The translations under genes were made by a program, and so were the position numbers. Positions 8,689-19,341 of a stretch of DNA of 63,846 nt are shown piece by piece. The stretch lies in IMG/VR virus record IMGVR_UViG_3300036766_002130, positions 1 to 63,846 of that record; one strand, given 5' to 3'. The notes beneath the pieces are model-generated. The model was not told the DNA's origin, did no database searches, and was given only the letters and a program-made list of their open reading frames with translations. The stretch comes from a virus (Duplodnaviria > Caudoviricetes). The first letter of the stretch is position 1. The number at the start of each line of letters is the position of its first letter.

Positions 8689-9798
8689 TTAGAAGAAAGA
8701 CTTACCACTTTTATATTTAGAAGGCTGGTGAATACTTTCACACCCCAGGAGCTGTTCATAGTAATAGATATTAGTTTTCATTCTTTCCAATGCATCGGTT
8801 TTTAGCTTTTCTGGATCAACACCAGCTTCAACAAAGTACTGTTCTATCCTTTCAACTACTTCCTTAGGAAATGCAAGTGTATAGTGGGGTTTTTTCGAAG
8901 ATTTAACCATCGAAATAATAGACACTGGAACTACAAGAGGGGAGTGGGCGTAGTCAAACTTCTCTTTTGCAGGATCGTAGTTAGGGACCATTACTTCCCC
9001 GTATACAGCGTGTTTTAACCAGGTGGTTGAATCCGTAGAATACCACGGGAAGTGCTGCATTAAACTGATTGATGTTACAGCAAAACCATGAACTTTTATT
9101 CCAGGGTTGGTATGAGAAATATATTCAAACGCTCTATTCCCTAATGACTGAACAAACTGCTGAAGAGTAATTCCTCCAGCAACTCCCCCAATTCCTATAT
9201 AGTCATAGTTGTTAACGTAGTGTTCTAACCATTTAAAATCTTCCCCATAATGAAAAACTGGTATTGGTCTAAGTCCATTACTCTCCATGTACTGCTGATT
9301 TTCAAAGGACTCCTCAGCATTGTATATAATATCTAGATTCACATACCCTAACAATTGATTTTTATACTTATGAATGAACTCAATATACTCATCCAAGTAC
9401 TTTCGAACATCTGGCTTCTTATTAAAAGACCAATCTGCAAAGAACTGAACTGCTCCACCCTTTTTAGCAGCATAAGAAATCCTTTGATTTATTGTAAGCC
9501 GATCTTCAAACTCTTCAGATGTAAATGTAATTTTGTCATTCTCAACTTTTTTCTCAGTTTCAACAGTATTTCCTTTGTTGATAAGGCCTACCTGAGCATT
9601 CAGCAAAGAATGAGCACCTGAATCTAGAAAAATCTTTATGTCAGGGTTTGCATCAAGAATTTTTGTTAGTTCTTGTCTTTTCCAAAAAGTTTCCAGTGCG
9701 GTGATCTTGCCCTCTTTAAGCTTCCCCATAACAAACTCATCCCTTGAAGTATAACCATTGCTAAAAAGGCCAGCAAGATGGATAAACTGTACAGACAT
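8689..9798 (-). CDS. dpdA: TGT-fold transglycosylase, DpdA-like (7-deazaguanine insertion into DNA)
   Basis: FLDSGAHS, NLDII, PVFHYGE, IGIGG, VHGFAV, YSTDSTTW; next to queC. Confidence 0.72.
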   Translation of the reverse strand: MSVQFIHLAGLFSNGYTSRDEFVMGKLKEGKITALETFWKRQELTKILDANPDIKIFLDSGAHSLLNAQVGLINKGNTVETEKKVENDKITFTSEEFEDRLTINQRISYAAKKGGAVQFFADWSFNKKPDVRKYLDEYIEFIHKYKNQLLGYVNLDIIYNAEESFENQQYMESNGLRPIPVFHYGEDFKWLEHYVNNYDYIGIGGVAGGITLQQFVQSLGNRAFEYISHTNPGIKVHGFAVTSISLMQHFPWYSTDSTTWLKHAVYGEVMVPNYDPAKEKFDYAHSPLVVPVSIISMVKSSKKPHYTLAFPKEVVERIEQYFVEAGVDPEKLKTDALERMKTNIYYYEQLLGCESIHQPSKYKSGKSFF

Positions 9799-10006
9799 TC
9801 ATTTCTCCTTGTTGAAGGTATCGAGAACCTATTGAGCTGCTTGCAGAACTAACAACACAATGGATTCCCTACCTCTTTTCCCGGGAGTATTAGAATATTG
9901 CATTTCCTGGCTTTCCCAACTCCAACCACCAACATCTTACTTGTGTGCCTCTATTCACTTTAAGTGCTTCAGCCCACTCTTCATCAGATCAAATTTTACT
10001 GGATCT

Positions 10007-10711
10007 TTAGGACTTGGCATTATTATATTTTTTACATCCTGCCCAATCAACCTCAATTTCGTACTCAACTGGATCAATTATCTTATTCAGCTTGAAAGCC
10101 TCTATCCTCTCTACATCTGTGCCACACAAACCGCAGTGCTTCTCCCCTCCTTTATAACAACTCCAGGAGAGCTCCAAAGGCGCACCGATTTCCACCCCAT
10201 ACCTAACAATATCGTTCTTACCCCAATCAACGAAAGGTGAATGAATAATAATCTCTCCATACCCTCCTAATCTAATTCCTGCCGCAAAGGCCTTGATATA
10301 CTCCTTTTGACAATCTGGGTAGATTTCATGATCCCCAGCATGGTTAGCAATAGCAACATACTTTGCTCCAATACTCTCCGCGAATCCAGCAGCAATAGAA
10401 AGCATAATACTATTCCTATAAGGAACAACGGTTCTCCTCATAATTGGGTCTTCGTAATGTCCCTCCGGAATTGTACCACCAGATTGAAGAAGATTGGACT
10501 TGAATAACTCATTTATGAAAGGAAGATTCACTTCAACAAGTTTCACATCTAGTATCTTGCAAACTTTCCTTGCAGCTCCTCTTTCTTTGTCATTGTGTTT
10601 TGAGCCATAATTGAAGTTCAAGGCAACGATCTCATCAAACTCCTTCTTACATTTTGTTAGGAGGACTGTGGAGTCGAGCCCGCCACTGTAGATGATTACT
10701 GCTTTATTCAT
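10007..10711 (-). CDS. queC: 7-cyano-7-deazaguanine synthase
   Basis: SGGLDST, TVVPYRN, YPDC, SWSCY...HCGLCGTD.ER. Confidence 0.95.
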   Translation of the reverse strand: MNKAVIIYSGGLDSTVLLTKCKKEFDEIVALNFNYGSKHNDKERGAARKVCKILDVKLVEVNLPFINELFKSNLLQSGGTIPEGHYEDPIMRRTVVPYRNSIMLSIAAGFAESIGAKYVAIANHAGDHEIYPDCQKEYIKAFAAGIRLGGYGEIIIHSPFVDWGKNDIVRYGVEIGAPLELSWSCYKGGEKHCGLCGTDVERIEAFKLNKIIDPVEYEIEVDWAGCKKYNNAKS

Positions 10712-10765
10712 AACAGTTCCTTTTCTTAATTTCCTTTCGTTCTTTACTACCTTTTTGCCCCCGCG

Positions 10766-11119
10766 TCATACTCGCGCATCGCTAATAAAGGAAGCACTGT
10801 TAGGAATATCACCGATTGTTATCAAACCAGCATCTAAAGCTGCTGCCCTATTAAGAATGAAACTTGCCAGAAATCCTTTATTTTTACATTCCTTTTGTCC
10901 TTTTTGAGTTCCCCAAGCAATTTGATTTTCAACTGCCCCACGAGTGTAGCTTCTACCACTTATTAAGTGTAATGCTGGGATAAGCTTTTCAAGAAACCTG
11001 TTATATTCCTGTCTATCCCCTGGAGGATTTGTCAGTCTCTTCCAACTACTAATAGGACCATACTCCTTTTTTAACGCCTCATACATTATTCTTCTTAAAT
11101 CTTGATTCCACTTTACCAT
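10766..11119 (-). CDS. Hypothetical protein behind a repeated promoter
   Basis: ORF with an AAGGAG RBS. Confidence 0.65.
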   Translation of the reverse strand: MVKWNQDLRRIMYEALKKEYGPISSWKRLTNPPGDRQEYNRFLEKLIPALHLISGRSYTRGAVENQIAWGTQKGQKECKNKGFLASFILNRAAALDAGLITIGDIPNSASFISDARV

Positions 11120-11149
11120 TTTTTCTCCTTTTAAAACTTTGTTTCTTTC

Positions 11150-11215
11150 TTTCTCTATATAAAGTATAACCTATTTTTGAGGGGATACAAATGAAAAATG
11201 GTAAAAATCTAAGAA
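11150..11215 (-). promoter_or_regulatory. Repeated phage promoter (sigma70-like)
   Basis: Minus strand TTTTTACCATTTTTCA-TTTGTA-N17-TATACT-TTATATAG; recurs across the window. Confidence 0.75.
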
Positions 11216-11241
11216 ATTTTTATCGAGTTCTTCCATCTGTT

Positions 11242-11613
11242 TCACAATGTCCTTTCTATCTGCTTCACAACATCTAACCAATTTCCAGTATACCTTATTG
11301 CCTTATCATCAATATAGAACTCTGCTACTGGTTTATCCATACTTTCACTCGTAATAATTTCATCATATGGTAACTGGTTCCTTTTCATAAACTCTTGGAT
11401 GAGTATAAAATGACAAAGTCTCTCTTTTCTGCTACCCCAGTATGTTGCAGTTCGGCAGGAGTGTATCTTAATCACATACCCGAGCTCCTTCATCTTCAAG
11501 AGTGCTTCTCGGACGTTTGGTTCAGGAGAACCTTCATTTGGAAACTCGTCTCGGCATAAGGTTCCATCAAAATCAATTACCACCACTTTAGGTATATCTC
11601 TTTGTGAACCCAT
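11242..11613 (-). CDS. HAD-superfamily phosphatase
   Basis: IDFDGTL, KP..EFYIDDKA. Confidence 0.8.
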   Translation of the reverse strand: MGSQRDIPKVVVIDFDGTLCRDEFPNEGSPEPNVREALLKMKELGYVIKIHSCRTATYWGSRKERLCHFILIQEFMKRNQLPYDEIITSESMDKPVAEFYIDDKAIRYTGNWLDVVKQIERTL

Positions 11614-12062
11614 TACAAACTCCTCTCTTTACTTTCCCTCTTATCTCTCCACACCTTAACTGTAATAGGTATTCCTCCTCTGGGTGCCATAGTTAATTCC
11701 ACCTTAAGATATTTTGGGTCGCAGGCTTTCACCCAGTCATCTGCAATTTGGTTTGATAGAGTTTCGATGAATGCTCCATAGCTTCGATAACTATGGAAAT
11801 AGAACTTTGCAGATTTAGATTCAATACATTTTTCATCCGGAGTATAACTGATCTTCAAGGTATAGAAATCCGGCATACTTGTCAATGGACACAAAGCAGT
11901 TAGTTCATTAGTAGAAATCTCTACTGTAAAATCAATCCCCTTCTTAGGGTTGTCAAAGGTCTTAAGTATTCGGCAATCCGGTTTGCTGAACTGATGCCAG
12001 GATATTCCTTTCCCTGGAAGTAAAGCTTTATCATCATTAAGAAGATGTTCTTCGGTATCCAT
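11613..12062 (-). CDS. queF: preQ0 reductase QueF
   Basis: ELTALCPLTSMPDF, ESKSAKFY, PRGGI. Confidence 0.9.
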   Translation of the reverse strand: MDTEEHLLNDDKALLPGKGISWHQFSKPDCRILKTFDNPKKGIDFTVEISTNELTALCPLTSMPDFYTLKISYTPDEKCIESKSAKFYFHSYRSYGAFIETLSNQIADDWVKACDPKYLKVELTMAPRGGIPITVKVWRDKRESKERSL

Positions 12063-12112
12063 TTTTTTACCTCTCTATTCTACTTCATACCCATTATCAA
12101 ACAACCATTTAT

Positions 12113-12229
12113 GACGAAAGCAACCTTTCATCTCCACAGGCGTTGATTTGGCTGGCCCCCAGCCTATTAAATTTGAATCCTCTTACCTCAACTTCTGTAT
12201 CCTATGGCTAAAGCCCATAGGTTTTAGAA
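12113..12229 (-). mobile_element. Internally deleted IS200/IS605 (tnpB) derivative: left end, RBS and partial omegaRNA
   Basis: 12181-12204 equals 33010-33033; 12131-12167 equals 31917-31953; left-end hairpin TTCTAAAACCTATGGGCTTTAGCCATAGG. Confidence 0.85.
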
Positions 12230-12648
12230 GTTACCCCTCTTTTATAACTTCGAATATCTACCTTCACAGGTACATTAAAAAGTTCAGACATTTCAGAAGC
12301 ATAATTACTTATCTCATTTGGATCACTAGAAGCAAACCAAAGGCAATGCTTTCCGGATTGGTCCTCTGCATATAACCCGCACTCACCAGAAGGAGTCTCC
12401 ATCACTCGAAGTCTAGTAAAGGAGCAAAGGGAGTCCCCTTTACTTTCACTCCGCAGGTCTTTCGCTTTACTTGCATAGAATGCCACTCCAAGAATCCCCG
12501 CAACACGCTTACCAAAGGATTCTGCACTCTCTTTTGTCTCTACTCCAAACAAAGGGAAACCTTGATTAGATCCAGTGCACTTACAAATCTGGAAATTCTT
12601 ATCTCCTGGAAACTGAGTAATGTAAATACTTTTTGTATCAAGTTCCAT
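12208..12648 (-). CDS. Hypothetical protein; stop codon supplied by the IS hairpin
   Basis: ORF behind a repeated promoter. Confidence 0.6.
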   Translation of the reverse strand: MELDTKSIYITQFPGDKNFQICKCTGSNQGFPLFGVETKESAESFGKRVAGILGVAFYASKAKDLRSESKGDSLCSFTRLRVMETPSGECGLYAEDQSGKHCLWFASSDPNEISNYASEMSELFNVPVKVDIRSYKRGVTSKTYGL

Positions 12649-12683
12649 TTTAATTTATCCCCAAAAACTTTGTTTCTGCTCCT

Positions 12684-12742
12684 CTATGTAAAGTATAACC
12701 TATATTTGAGGGGATACAACTAAAAAATGGTAAAAAATTCTA
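12684..12742 (-). promoter_or_regulatory. Repeated phage promoter copy
   Basis: aagtataacctatatttgaggggatacaactaaaaaatggtaaaaa. Confidence 0.75.
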
Positions 12743-13149
12743 AAACTTGCCCACTGGAAATATACTCTGCTTCTGCTAAAGCAATTGCTACCCCAACATC
12801 TGTAGCTTCAATTACCTTGGACAATTTCCATTTCTCTTGGACATTTTTACGAGTTAATATCTTGTACCTGTTCATCCTTTCACCCATTTTATTTATTTTG
12901 TTTCCAACTAATTAAAGTATACCTTGGCATTTCCATATACCCAAGAATTTCCATCATGGGAAAGATTCTTTTCCTTTCATAGCAGTGGTAATAGTAATAA
13001 TGTTCTAAAACATTCGTCCAAATATAATATGCAATTGAAATAACTCAGTGTCATATATATGAATTGCTCCACGGATCCTCATATTGGCATTTAACAAATT
13101 ATTGAATATAGGAAGGACCAATCCCCTCTGGCTTACCTTACATCCCAAA

Positions 13150-13551
13150 TTAGGTATAGTCCTCGTATTCATCACCCATATCTTTATTTGAATTATCCTC
13201 AATTTCTTCTTCAATTATATTATGAATCGTCTGACCGTCTAGTGGGGGGAGTAATTTTCTAATGCATTCCCTGCAACACTTACATTCATAATAATAGTCG
13301 GCCTTCTTACCACAGATATCACAACCTTTGTCTATCCTGCAGGCTTCAGTGCAACATCTATTTTCTTGATCCCAATCGCACTTACTCAAATCACATTTGT
13401 CCTCATCCCCTTTAAAGTACATGTTGATCGGGCAAATTGGCTGCGGTACGTTCTTTAGGTTTTCAGTCATTTGTTTCCCCCTAATTCGAGATTTCATTTC
13501 ATTCCCCTTTCTATATAAAGTATAACACACTCTTGAATAGTGTTCCCTCAC
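13150..13551 (-). CDS. Cys-rich hypothetical protein (true start probably 13497 or later)
   Basis: Multiple CxxC; a partial promoter lies inside the annotated 5' end. Confidence 0.5.
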   Translation of the reverse strand: MREHYSRVCYTLYRKGNEMKSRIRGKQMTENLKNVPQPICPINMYFKGDEDKCDLSKCDWDQENRCCTEACRIDKGCDICGKKADYYYECKCCRECIRKLLPPLDGQTIHNIIEEEIEDNSNKDMGDEYEDYT

Positions 13552-14012
13552 TTTAATCTTGCTTTAATTCTTCTCCACTCCCCCCATTCCCCTCTTTGAG
13601 GTAAAGGTCTTTCAACCACATACCCAACGGAATTTTGAAGCTCATCGTACTTTGTTCCATATCCAGCTGCGGTAATAAACTGATGCACTTGAACTTCCCC
13701 CCAACCAGCCCCGGATAGCTTCCTAGTAAAGTTGAGCATCATAGTATCTAACCCATCCCCAAGTAGGTCGGAGACGTTAAACAAATCTCGGAAGTATTGA
13801 ACAATTTCAGTGGGATTCAGAAGGTCGACTTCTGCAGGTCCTCTACTCCTTTTCTTAATAGATATGATATTTTCATCTCCACAGTTCTTGCAAGGAGCTT
13901 TCTCAACATCCACCATGGTTTCTAGTTCTGGAGAAGTTGAATAGTGAACTATCCCCACTTCCTTGTTACAGTTTTTACACTTCATTACTGGTTGTTTGCT
14001 TTTCTTAGCCAT
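13548..14012 (-). CDS. Zinc-ribbon hypothetical protein
   Basis: CKNC...CKNC; GGAGG RBS. Confidence 0.65.
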   Translation of the reverse strand: MAKKSKQPVMKCKNCNKEVGIVHYSTSPELETMVDVEKAPCKNCGDENIISIKKRSRGPAEVDLLNPTEIVQYFRDLFNVSDLLGDGLDTMMLNFTRKLSGAGWGEVQVHQFITAAGYGTKYDELQNSVGYVVERPLPQRGEWGEWRRIKARLK

Positions 14013-14039
14013 TTTTAATCCTCCAAAATAACTATCTCT

Positions 14040-14135
14040 TATATATAAAGTATAACCTATTTTTGAGGGAATACAACTAAAAAATGGTAAAAATCTAAGA
14101 ATTACTCAATTCCCATTGTAATCCTTATAGACCTT
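14040..14135 (-). promoter_or_regulatory. Repeated phage promoter, long version (inverted match to 35539-35632)
   Basis: Shares aaggtctataaggattacaatgggaattgagta plus the promoter core. Confidence 0.78.
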
Positions 14136-14262
14136 TATTCTCATTACTCCTCCTCCTCCGAGCAGAAAATTTCACCACATTCCTCACAAATGTGAGAATC
14201 GTTGTCAACTTCATCCTCTTGAACATTTCCACAATATGGATATTCAACTTCTTTCAGTTCCA

Positions 14263-15042
14263 TTATCTTTCCTCCTTTGCACCTGGCCACAAGAGTTTGT
14301 GCAACTGGAGCGAAAACTGAGCAGGAATCTTATCTCTAATCATCATCTCAACGAGCTGACGTGGCCAAGACATATTTAATTCTGGAGTCAAATTTAACTT
14401 TGTTCCGGTAGCCCCCCAATAGTTACGTTCAACAAGTTCCATCATTGGGCTAAAGACCATCTTTGCTATCCAATTTGGGTTTTTCTCTATCAATTCACAA
14501 GCTCTCTTGTAATCCTTCTCATCTGAAATAACAAATTTGATTACATCAATATCTCGAAGCTTTTCAAAAAGATTCAAATTCATACAATGTTCAACCCCCG
14601 AACTTGGAAGCTTATAATCAACCACAAAACGAAACATGAAATGGTCTAGTCTGGTATGAGCAGGGAGTTTCACCCCTAAGAATTTTTCTTCTTCATAGAA
14701 CATATCTGATATATCTATTGAACCATTCGTTTCGATTGTAACAAGATATCTTTTTTCTATTAGTTTATATACAAGTTTTTTTAGACCAATTCTCTGGAAA
14801 GCAGGTTCACCCCCGGTGACTGTAACCTTTGGAAAGTGAACTTGCTTCATAATTTCATCTATAGTCATCAAGTTAGCAGGTTCAGATTCTTGGGCATACC
14901 TAGTATCGCAATAGGAACACCCGGGATGAAAGTTACATCCTTTCAAACGGATGAAAGTGCAAAGTTGACCTGCTCCATCAAAGCCGTTGGCTTCCCCGTC
15001 GATGGAGTCGAAAACGGATTGGATGTTAAGTTTGTTATTCAT
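14263..15042 (-). CDS. queE: 7-carboxy-7-deazaguanine synthase (radical SAM)
   Basis: FDSIDGE, FIRLKGCN...CSYCDT.Y, TGGEP, ETNGS, SLQLHK. Confidence 0.92.
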   Translation of the reverse strand: MNNKLNIQSVFDSIDGEANGFDGAGQLCTFIRLKGCNFHPGCSYCDTRYAQESEPANLMTIDEIMKQVHFPKVTVTGGEPAFQRIGLKKLVYKLIEKRYLVTIETNGSIDISDMFYEEEKFLGVKLPAHTRLDHFMFRFVVDYKLPSSGVEHCMNLNLFEKLRDIDVIKFVISDEKDYKRACELIEKNPNWIAKMVFSPMMELVERNYWGATGTKLNLTPELNMSWPRQLVEMMIRDKIPAQFSLQLHKLLWPGAKEER

Positions 15043-15066
15043 CTTTATTCACCTCTCTCTAAGATA

Positions 15067-16002
15067 CTATTCCGCTTGCTTTATCAGTTCAAACAAAGCT
15101 TCCTGCCCATAATCCCTTCCATAGCTATCCGGGTCTTCTCCTTCTGGAAATCTTACAATTCCTACACTTTCAATGAAAGGCTTAAAGAAATCAGCAGCTT
15201 TTCTCGCCTTCCAATAGGCATCCCCATCCCATGCAAAAATTAGTTCCTTCAGGTTCTTCTCAAGAATAAGATACTTCTGTCTCTCAGTAATATGAGTTCC
15301 AAATGTTGCAAGAGCATTCCTCCCAACTCGCCAAGCGTCAAGAATTCCTTCAACAAGAACAACCTTTCCACTTTCTATTTTGTCATATCCATACAAGAAA
15401 TCATTTATGTGATCTGCTGATGTTTTGTACTTCAGTTCAGCAAATCCTGTAAGATCCGCCGCTTGAAATGCTACTACTTCTTGCTGGAAGAAGACCGGTA
15501 TTATTAAACGATTCATGCAAGACCCACTTCTACAGATTCCACAACCATGCTCAATAATAGTATCAATCGAGATACCTCTCCTTTCAAGATAAGAATAAAG
15601 AAGTGGAAACTTTGTATTACGAGTAACCAGTTCAAACCTTTCCGGAAGATTCATCTTTCCATGCACAACTGGAATAGATTCAGGAACATTTTCGGAAAAA
15701 ACTTTATCAATATAATCAATAGCAGATTCTTGGAATGAAACAGAAGGAGTCGAGATAATATCCTTACATTCCTTATAAGAAAGTCCAGTTAGTTCAATAA
15801 GCAGATCAATAAGACTTCCTGTCTTTCCACATTTCCAGCAGTTAAATCTTTCTGTTCTTGGGTCTACCCCACAATGATTTGATTCATCACCGCAGAAAGG
15901 GCACGAAATATTGACCCATCCTTTAGTAACATTTTTTCCGTCGATCCAGTGCGGAATCTCAAAGTGCTTGTAGATATTAATTATCTTTTCTTTATCAATC
16001 AC
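15067..16002 (-). CDS. DNA primase (zinc finger plus TOPRIM)
   Basis: CPFC...FNCWKC, YLERRG, VEGILD, WDGDA, EDP. Confidence 0.88.
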   Translation of the reverse strand: MIDKEKIINIYKHFEIPHWIDGKNVTKGWVNISCPFCGDESNHCGVDPRTERFNCWKCGKTGSLIDLLIELTGLSYKECKDIISTPSVSFQESAIDYIDKVFSENVPESIPVVHGKMNLPERFELVTRNTKFPLLYSYLERRGISIDTIIEHGCGICRSGSCMNRLIIPVFFQQEVVAFQAADLTGFAELKYKTSADHINDFLYGYDKIESGKVVLVEGILDAWRVGRNALATFGTHITERQKYLILEKNLKELIFAWDGDAYWKARKAADFFKPFIESVGIVRFPEGEDPDSYGRDYGQEALFELIKQAE

Positions 16003-16043
16003 TATCTGCCTCTTTCTTCCCCTCCAAAAGCTGAGTCGTTTTT

Positions 16044-16868
16044 TTAGCCACGGATAATTCCAAAAATCTCTTTGCTCGCCTTTAGCAGGCTCTCAAGCCA
16101 ATCTATCGGCATAATACTGGCGGCGTCCGACTTGGCTTTATCCGGCTGAGTATGGACTTCAATAAAAAGCCCGTTCGCCCCGGCGGCTACTGCCGCCTTT
16201 GCCAGTATCGGGGCCATTTCACGTCGACCTGCGCTGGCGTAACCTAAGCCGCCCGGCTGCTGCGTGCTGTGGGTGGCGTCAAAGACCACTGGATAGCCAA
16301 GTTTCTTCATAACCTCGATAGCCGTCATATCGTTGACCAGCCGGTTATAGCCAAAGAAAGTGCCCCGTTCGGTAAGTATAATCTTCTCGTTGTCGCAGGC
16401 ACGAATCTTTTCCACCACGTTCTTCATCTCATCGGGCGAGAGAAACTGGCCCTTTTTGACGTTCACGGGCTTGCCCGTTCGCGCGCAGGCACAAAGAAGG
16501 TCGGTCTGCCTGCACAAAAAAGCCGGCACCTGCAGACAGTCAACAACTTCCCCGGCAAGGCAAGCTTGCGCCGGCTCGTGCACATCGGTCATAACGGGCA
16601 AACTTGTCTTCTGGCGAACTGCTGCCAGAATCTCCAGACCTTTCTCCAGCCCGGGCCCGCGAAAACTGCGCAGGCTGGAGCGATTGGCCTTATCGAAACT
16701 CGCCTTAAAAATCACGCCTACGCCGGTCCTGCAGCCAATATCCGCAAGTCCGCGGGCAATATCCAGACAGCAGGTTTTGCTCTCGATAACGCAGGGCCCA
16801 GCCATGACAAATAAGGGTGCTTCTAAACCAATTTGAACGTTGCCAATCTTGAAATCGCCTCTATTCAT
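16044..16868 (-). CDS. kdsA: Kdo-8-phosphate synthase, GC-rich and host-like; start ATG 16868
   Basis: AGPCVIES, KASFDKANRS, PAFLCRQTD, KKGQF, ERG..FGY, FDATHS.Q.PGG, AKSD. Confidence 0.95.
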   Translation of the reverse strand: MNRGDFKIGNVQIGLEAPLFVMAGPCVIESKTCCLDIARGLADIGCRTGVGVIFKASFDKANRSSLRSFRGPGLEKGLEILAAVRQKTSLPVMTDVHEPAQACLAGEVVDCLQVPAFLCRQTDLLCACARTGKPVNVKKGQFLSPDEMKNVVEKIRACDNEKIILTERGTFFGYNRLVNDMTAIEVMKKLGYPVVFDATHSTQQPGGLGYASAGRREMAPILAKAAVAAGANGLFIEVHTQPDKAKSDAASIMPIDWLESLLKASKEIFGIIRG

Positions 16869-17175
16869 ACCTATCCCAGAGCTCTGAGTGAGAATTATCA
16901 TCCAAACCACTTATTGAGCCATTCTCCTGCTTCTTCTTATCTTCGTATGGGGCAGCAATTTGCCTGTACAACTCCATCTTGGCACATTCAAGTATTCCAA
17001 TTACCTCATTTAGGTGTAAGTAGGAAACTCCTATCCTTTGCAAATAGTTATGCAGAAGCATAGTTATGGTAAAGTTAAGTTCCCCAGCATTGTTTGGCCC
17101 ACCACTCGGGAGCAATGCTAGCATAGTTTGACAAGCTTCGATTCTCGCACGATCTTCTCTTTTAATGTAAGGCAT
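16861..17175 (-). CDS. Conserved phage protein (DUF6899-like)
   Basis: MPYIK, GELNF.IT, LECAK.ELYR...APYED.K...NG. Confidence 0.7.
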   Translation of the reverse strand: MPYIKREDRARIEACQTMLALLPSGGPNNAGELNFTITMLLHNYLQRIGVSYLHLNEVIGILECAKMELYRQIAAPYEDKKKQENGSISGLDDNSHSELWDRYE

Positions 17176-17296
17176 CTTTTATTCCTCCTCGAAAGTTTTA
17201 ACTGGCTTTCTACACTTCTTTTTGTTTTCTTCTTTCTTCTCGTCTTCGTGAACCTTAGCTGGAGGTGGCATTCTACCTCGGGGTAGGCTTGGTCTT

Positions 17297-17602
17297 TTAT
17301 TTTTCTTTTTCATCTTTTCTTAACTCATTTTCCACTTCAAGTACTAACCTCTTAACAATGTGCCTATGGCAGTGTGGGTTTTCTTCTTTCTCATAGCAAA
17401 GTAGCGTAATTGTTTCCCCGTGGAGTGAACGCTTTGCAAGCTCAGCTATCACTTCTTTACTTTGTGGGGACTTCATTTCCTCAATAAAACGCTCCTCATA
17501 CTCATCCCAGCTAATTGATTTTCCTTTCCAGCCTTTATAAGCACCAAGTAAATTTAAACTTGGTCCAAGTACACCAGTATGCTCATCAAAAGGAAGCCCC
17601 AA
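17297..17602 (-). CDS. DUF488-family protein
   Basis: PS..LL, W.EY..RF..EM, TLLCYE....CHR. Confidence 0.75.
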   Translation of the reverse strand: MGLPFDEHTGVLGPSLNLLGAYKGWKGKSISWDEYEERFIEEMKSPQSKEVIAELAKRSLHGETITLLCYEKEENPHCHRHIVKRLVLEVENELRKDEKEK

Positions 17603-17861
17603 GCTATAGTTTGTTATGGGAACACTAACGAATTGGATGCAGCAATTTGTTGATCGTCTTCACCTCCAGTTTTGTAGTCTAATCAACTATAGAGATACTT
17701 TACTAAAATGCAGGGTCTTATTCGGCACTTCTCACAAACTTCAGGATTCTTTTTTAACTGGGGAAGTATTTCTCTTGCCTTAGAGTGGGATAGCTCTAAC
17801 CCTCTTTTACAAAGTCTTCTCACTTTTACGCCTACGGTCGGTTTCATTTTATCCCCCTTGC

Positions 17862-19121
17862 TCATAAATTGTCCTCCACATCTCCAATTTCTTTATCTCT
17901 TAACTCACTTTCTCTAATCAAGAACTCTTCAGACTTGTGCTTGAGGCAGTCCCATTTTCCGTAGATATTCTTGAACCAAACAACAATCCCTTCTCGCATA
18001 GTATTAGCGTCAAGAGCAGATTTACCTTTAGCTAATTTGGTCAAAAGATCAAATTGAGTATACGGTTCCATAACTCCGGGAATAGCTATGGGATCAAGGA
18101 ATAAAAGCTCTTTAGATCTTGTACAATATACATTCAATAAAAGAGTTGGCTTTTCCAATCCAAGCTCTTCAGCTCGTTTGTAAACCTGCTCTCTATCTAA
18201 ATCAATACAGAAACCGTCGGGGGTGGTAATAGTGACTCTGTACAATAACACTTTGTACTGACGAGGCAAACAACCATAGGAAAACCCATGTTGAATTGGC
18301 TTTCCACCTTCTGAGTCAAACCCATAAATTTCGTAGTAAATTTGCTCACCTTTACGAAGGTGTGGAGCAACTTTTTCTTGAATTTCACTCCTAACAGAAG
18401 CAATATGACGGCGTCTAATACTATCTACCCGCCTAGTCCCGCTCATAATCACCCACTTAGTTTCTGGCTTCCAGAATTGCCACCACTTTTTTCCTGTATC
18501 ACAAAGAACACGCCCGGTCCTTCCGGAAGTTCCGTGTATCTTCTCCTCCACATACAACACGCCAGGAGCAATTTTATCTTTCTCACGCATCAAATGTTTA
18601 ACATCATAATGTTTCCAGAAATACTTTGCTCTGGTACCATGTGGTTTTTTACAAGTCAAGAATCGTTCACTATATATTTCGGAGGGAACAATATACTTCT
18701 CGCAAATCTTGACTCCATTTATGCAGGTAAACTCGTCCCCCTCTTGTAACTCCAACTCATCATAGTTTTTGATCGCTCCAGGAAATATCAAACTACCTAG
18801 TGGCATAACAAAGCCATTTGAAATCTCCCCACGAAACTTTTGAGCCTTAACTCGGCCATTCTTGCCAAAATACCCTTTCTGAGAAACATCGTGATTCATC
18901 TCCTTGTTGGAATACAAGTTGTTCCAGTGAAGATACTCGTGAGAGAGTCTAAGGTTGGAATCGAAATAGACAACAGAATCTCCTTCTTCTGCGTCTAGCC
19001 CCACAATTACCTGAGTACCCAAAACAGTAGCTAACTTAAGCCGATCAGCATTTGGGTGCTTCCGAACATTACTTAGGCAAGTAATAATAGCATTGTTACT
19101 GTCTTTAGACTTTTGCAACAT
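17862..19121 (-). CDS. RNA ligase (DRB0094/Rnl-type)
   Basis: HPNADRL, RGEISNG, EKIHGTS, EIYG, EGIVV, KHKS. Confidence 0.85.
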   Translation of the reverse strand: MLQKSKDSNNAIITCLSNVRKHPNADRLKLATVLGTQVIVGLDAEEGDSVVYFDSNLRLSHEYLHWNNLYSNKEMNHDVSQKGYFGKNGRVKAQKFRGEISNGFVMPLGSLIFPGAIKNYDELELQEGDEFTCINGVKICEKYIVPSEIYSERFLTCKKPHGTRAKYFWKHYDVKHLMREKDKIAPGVLYVEEKIHGTSGRTGRVLCDTGKKWWQFWKPETKWVIMSGTRRVDSIRRRHIASVRSEIQEKVAPHLRKGEQIYYEIYGFDSEGGKPIQHGFSYGCLPRQYKVLLYRVTITTPDGFCIDLDREQVYKRAEELGLEKPTLLLNVYCTRSKELLFLDPIAIPGVMEPYTQFDLLTKLAKGKSALDANTMREGIVVWFKNIYGKWDCLKHKSEEFLIRESELRDKEIGDVEDNL

Positions 19122-19341
19122 CCCAAACTCCTAATCCTCAATATTAATTACTTTCTTTTCACTCTGGTTCCTCAAGCTTCTTTATAAGAGCTTCTATATA
19201 CTTTTGCCTCTCCTCTAGATCAGGAATTGCCTGTTCAATGGAAAACTTCATCCTCAAAAGTTCAAGAGCCACCTTTTTTCGGAAAGAGTTCTTCCCCAGT
19301 TATACTACGTCGTTTCTTGAATTTTGGTTTTATCTTACTAC

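Noticed and set aside
16269-16836. Long plus-strand ORFs opposite kdsA
   Set aside because: Antisense shadows expected in GC-rich coding DNA.
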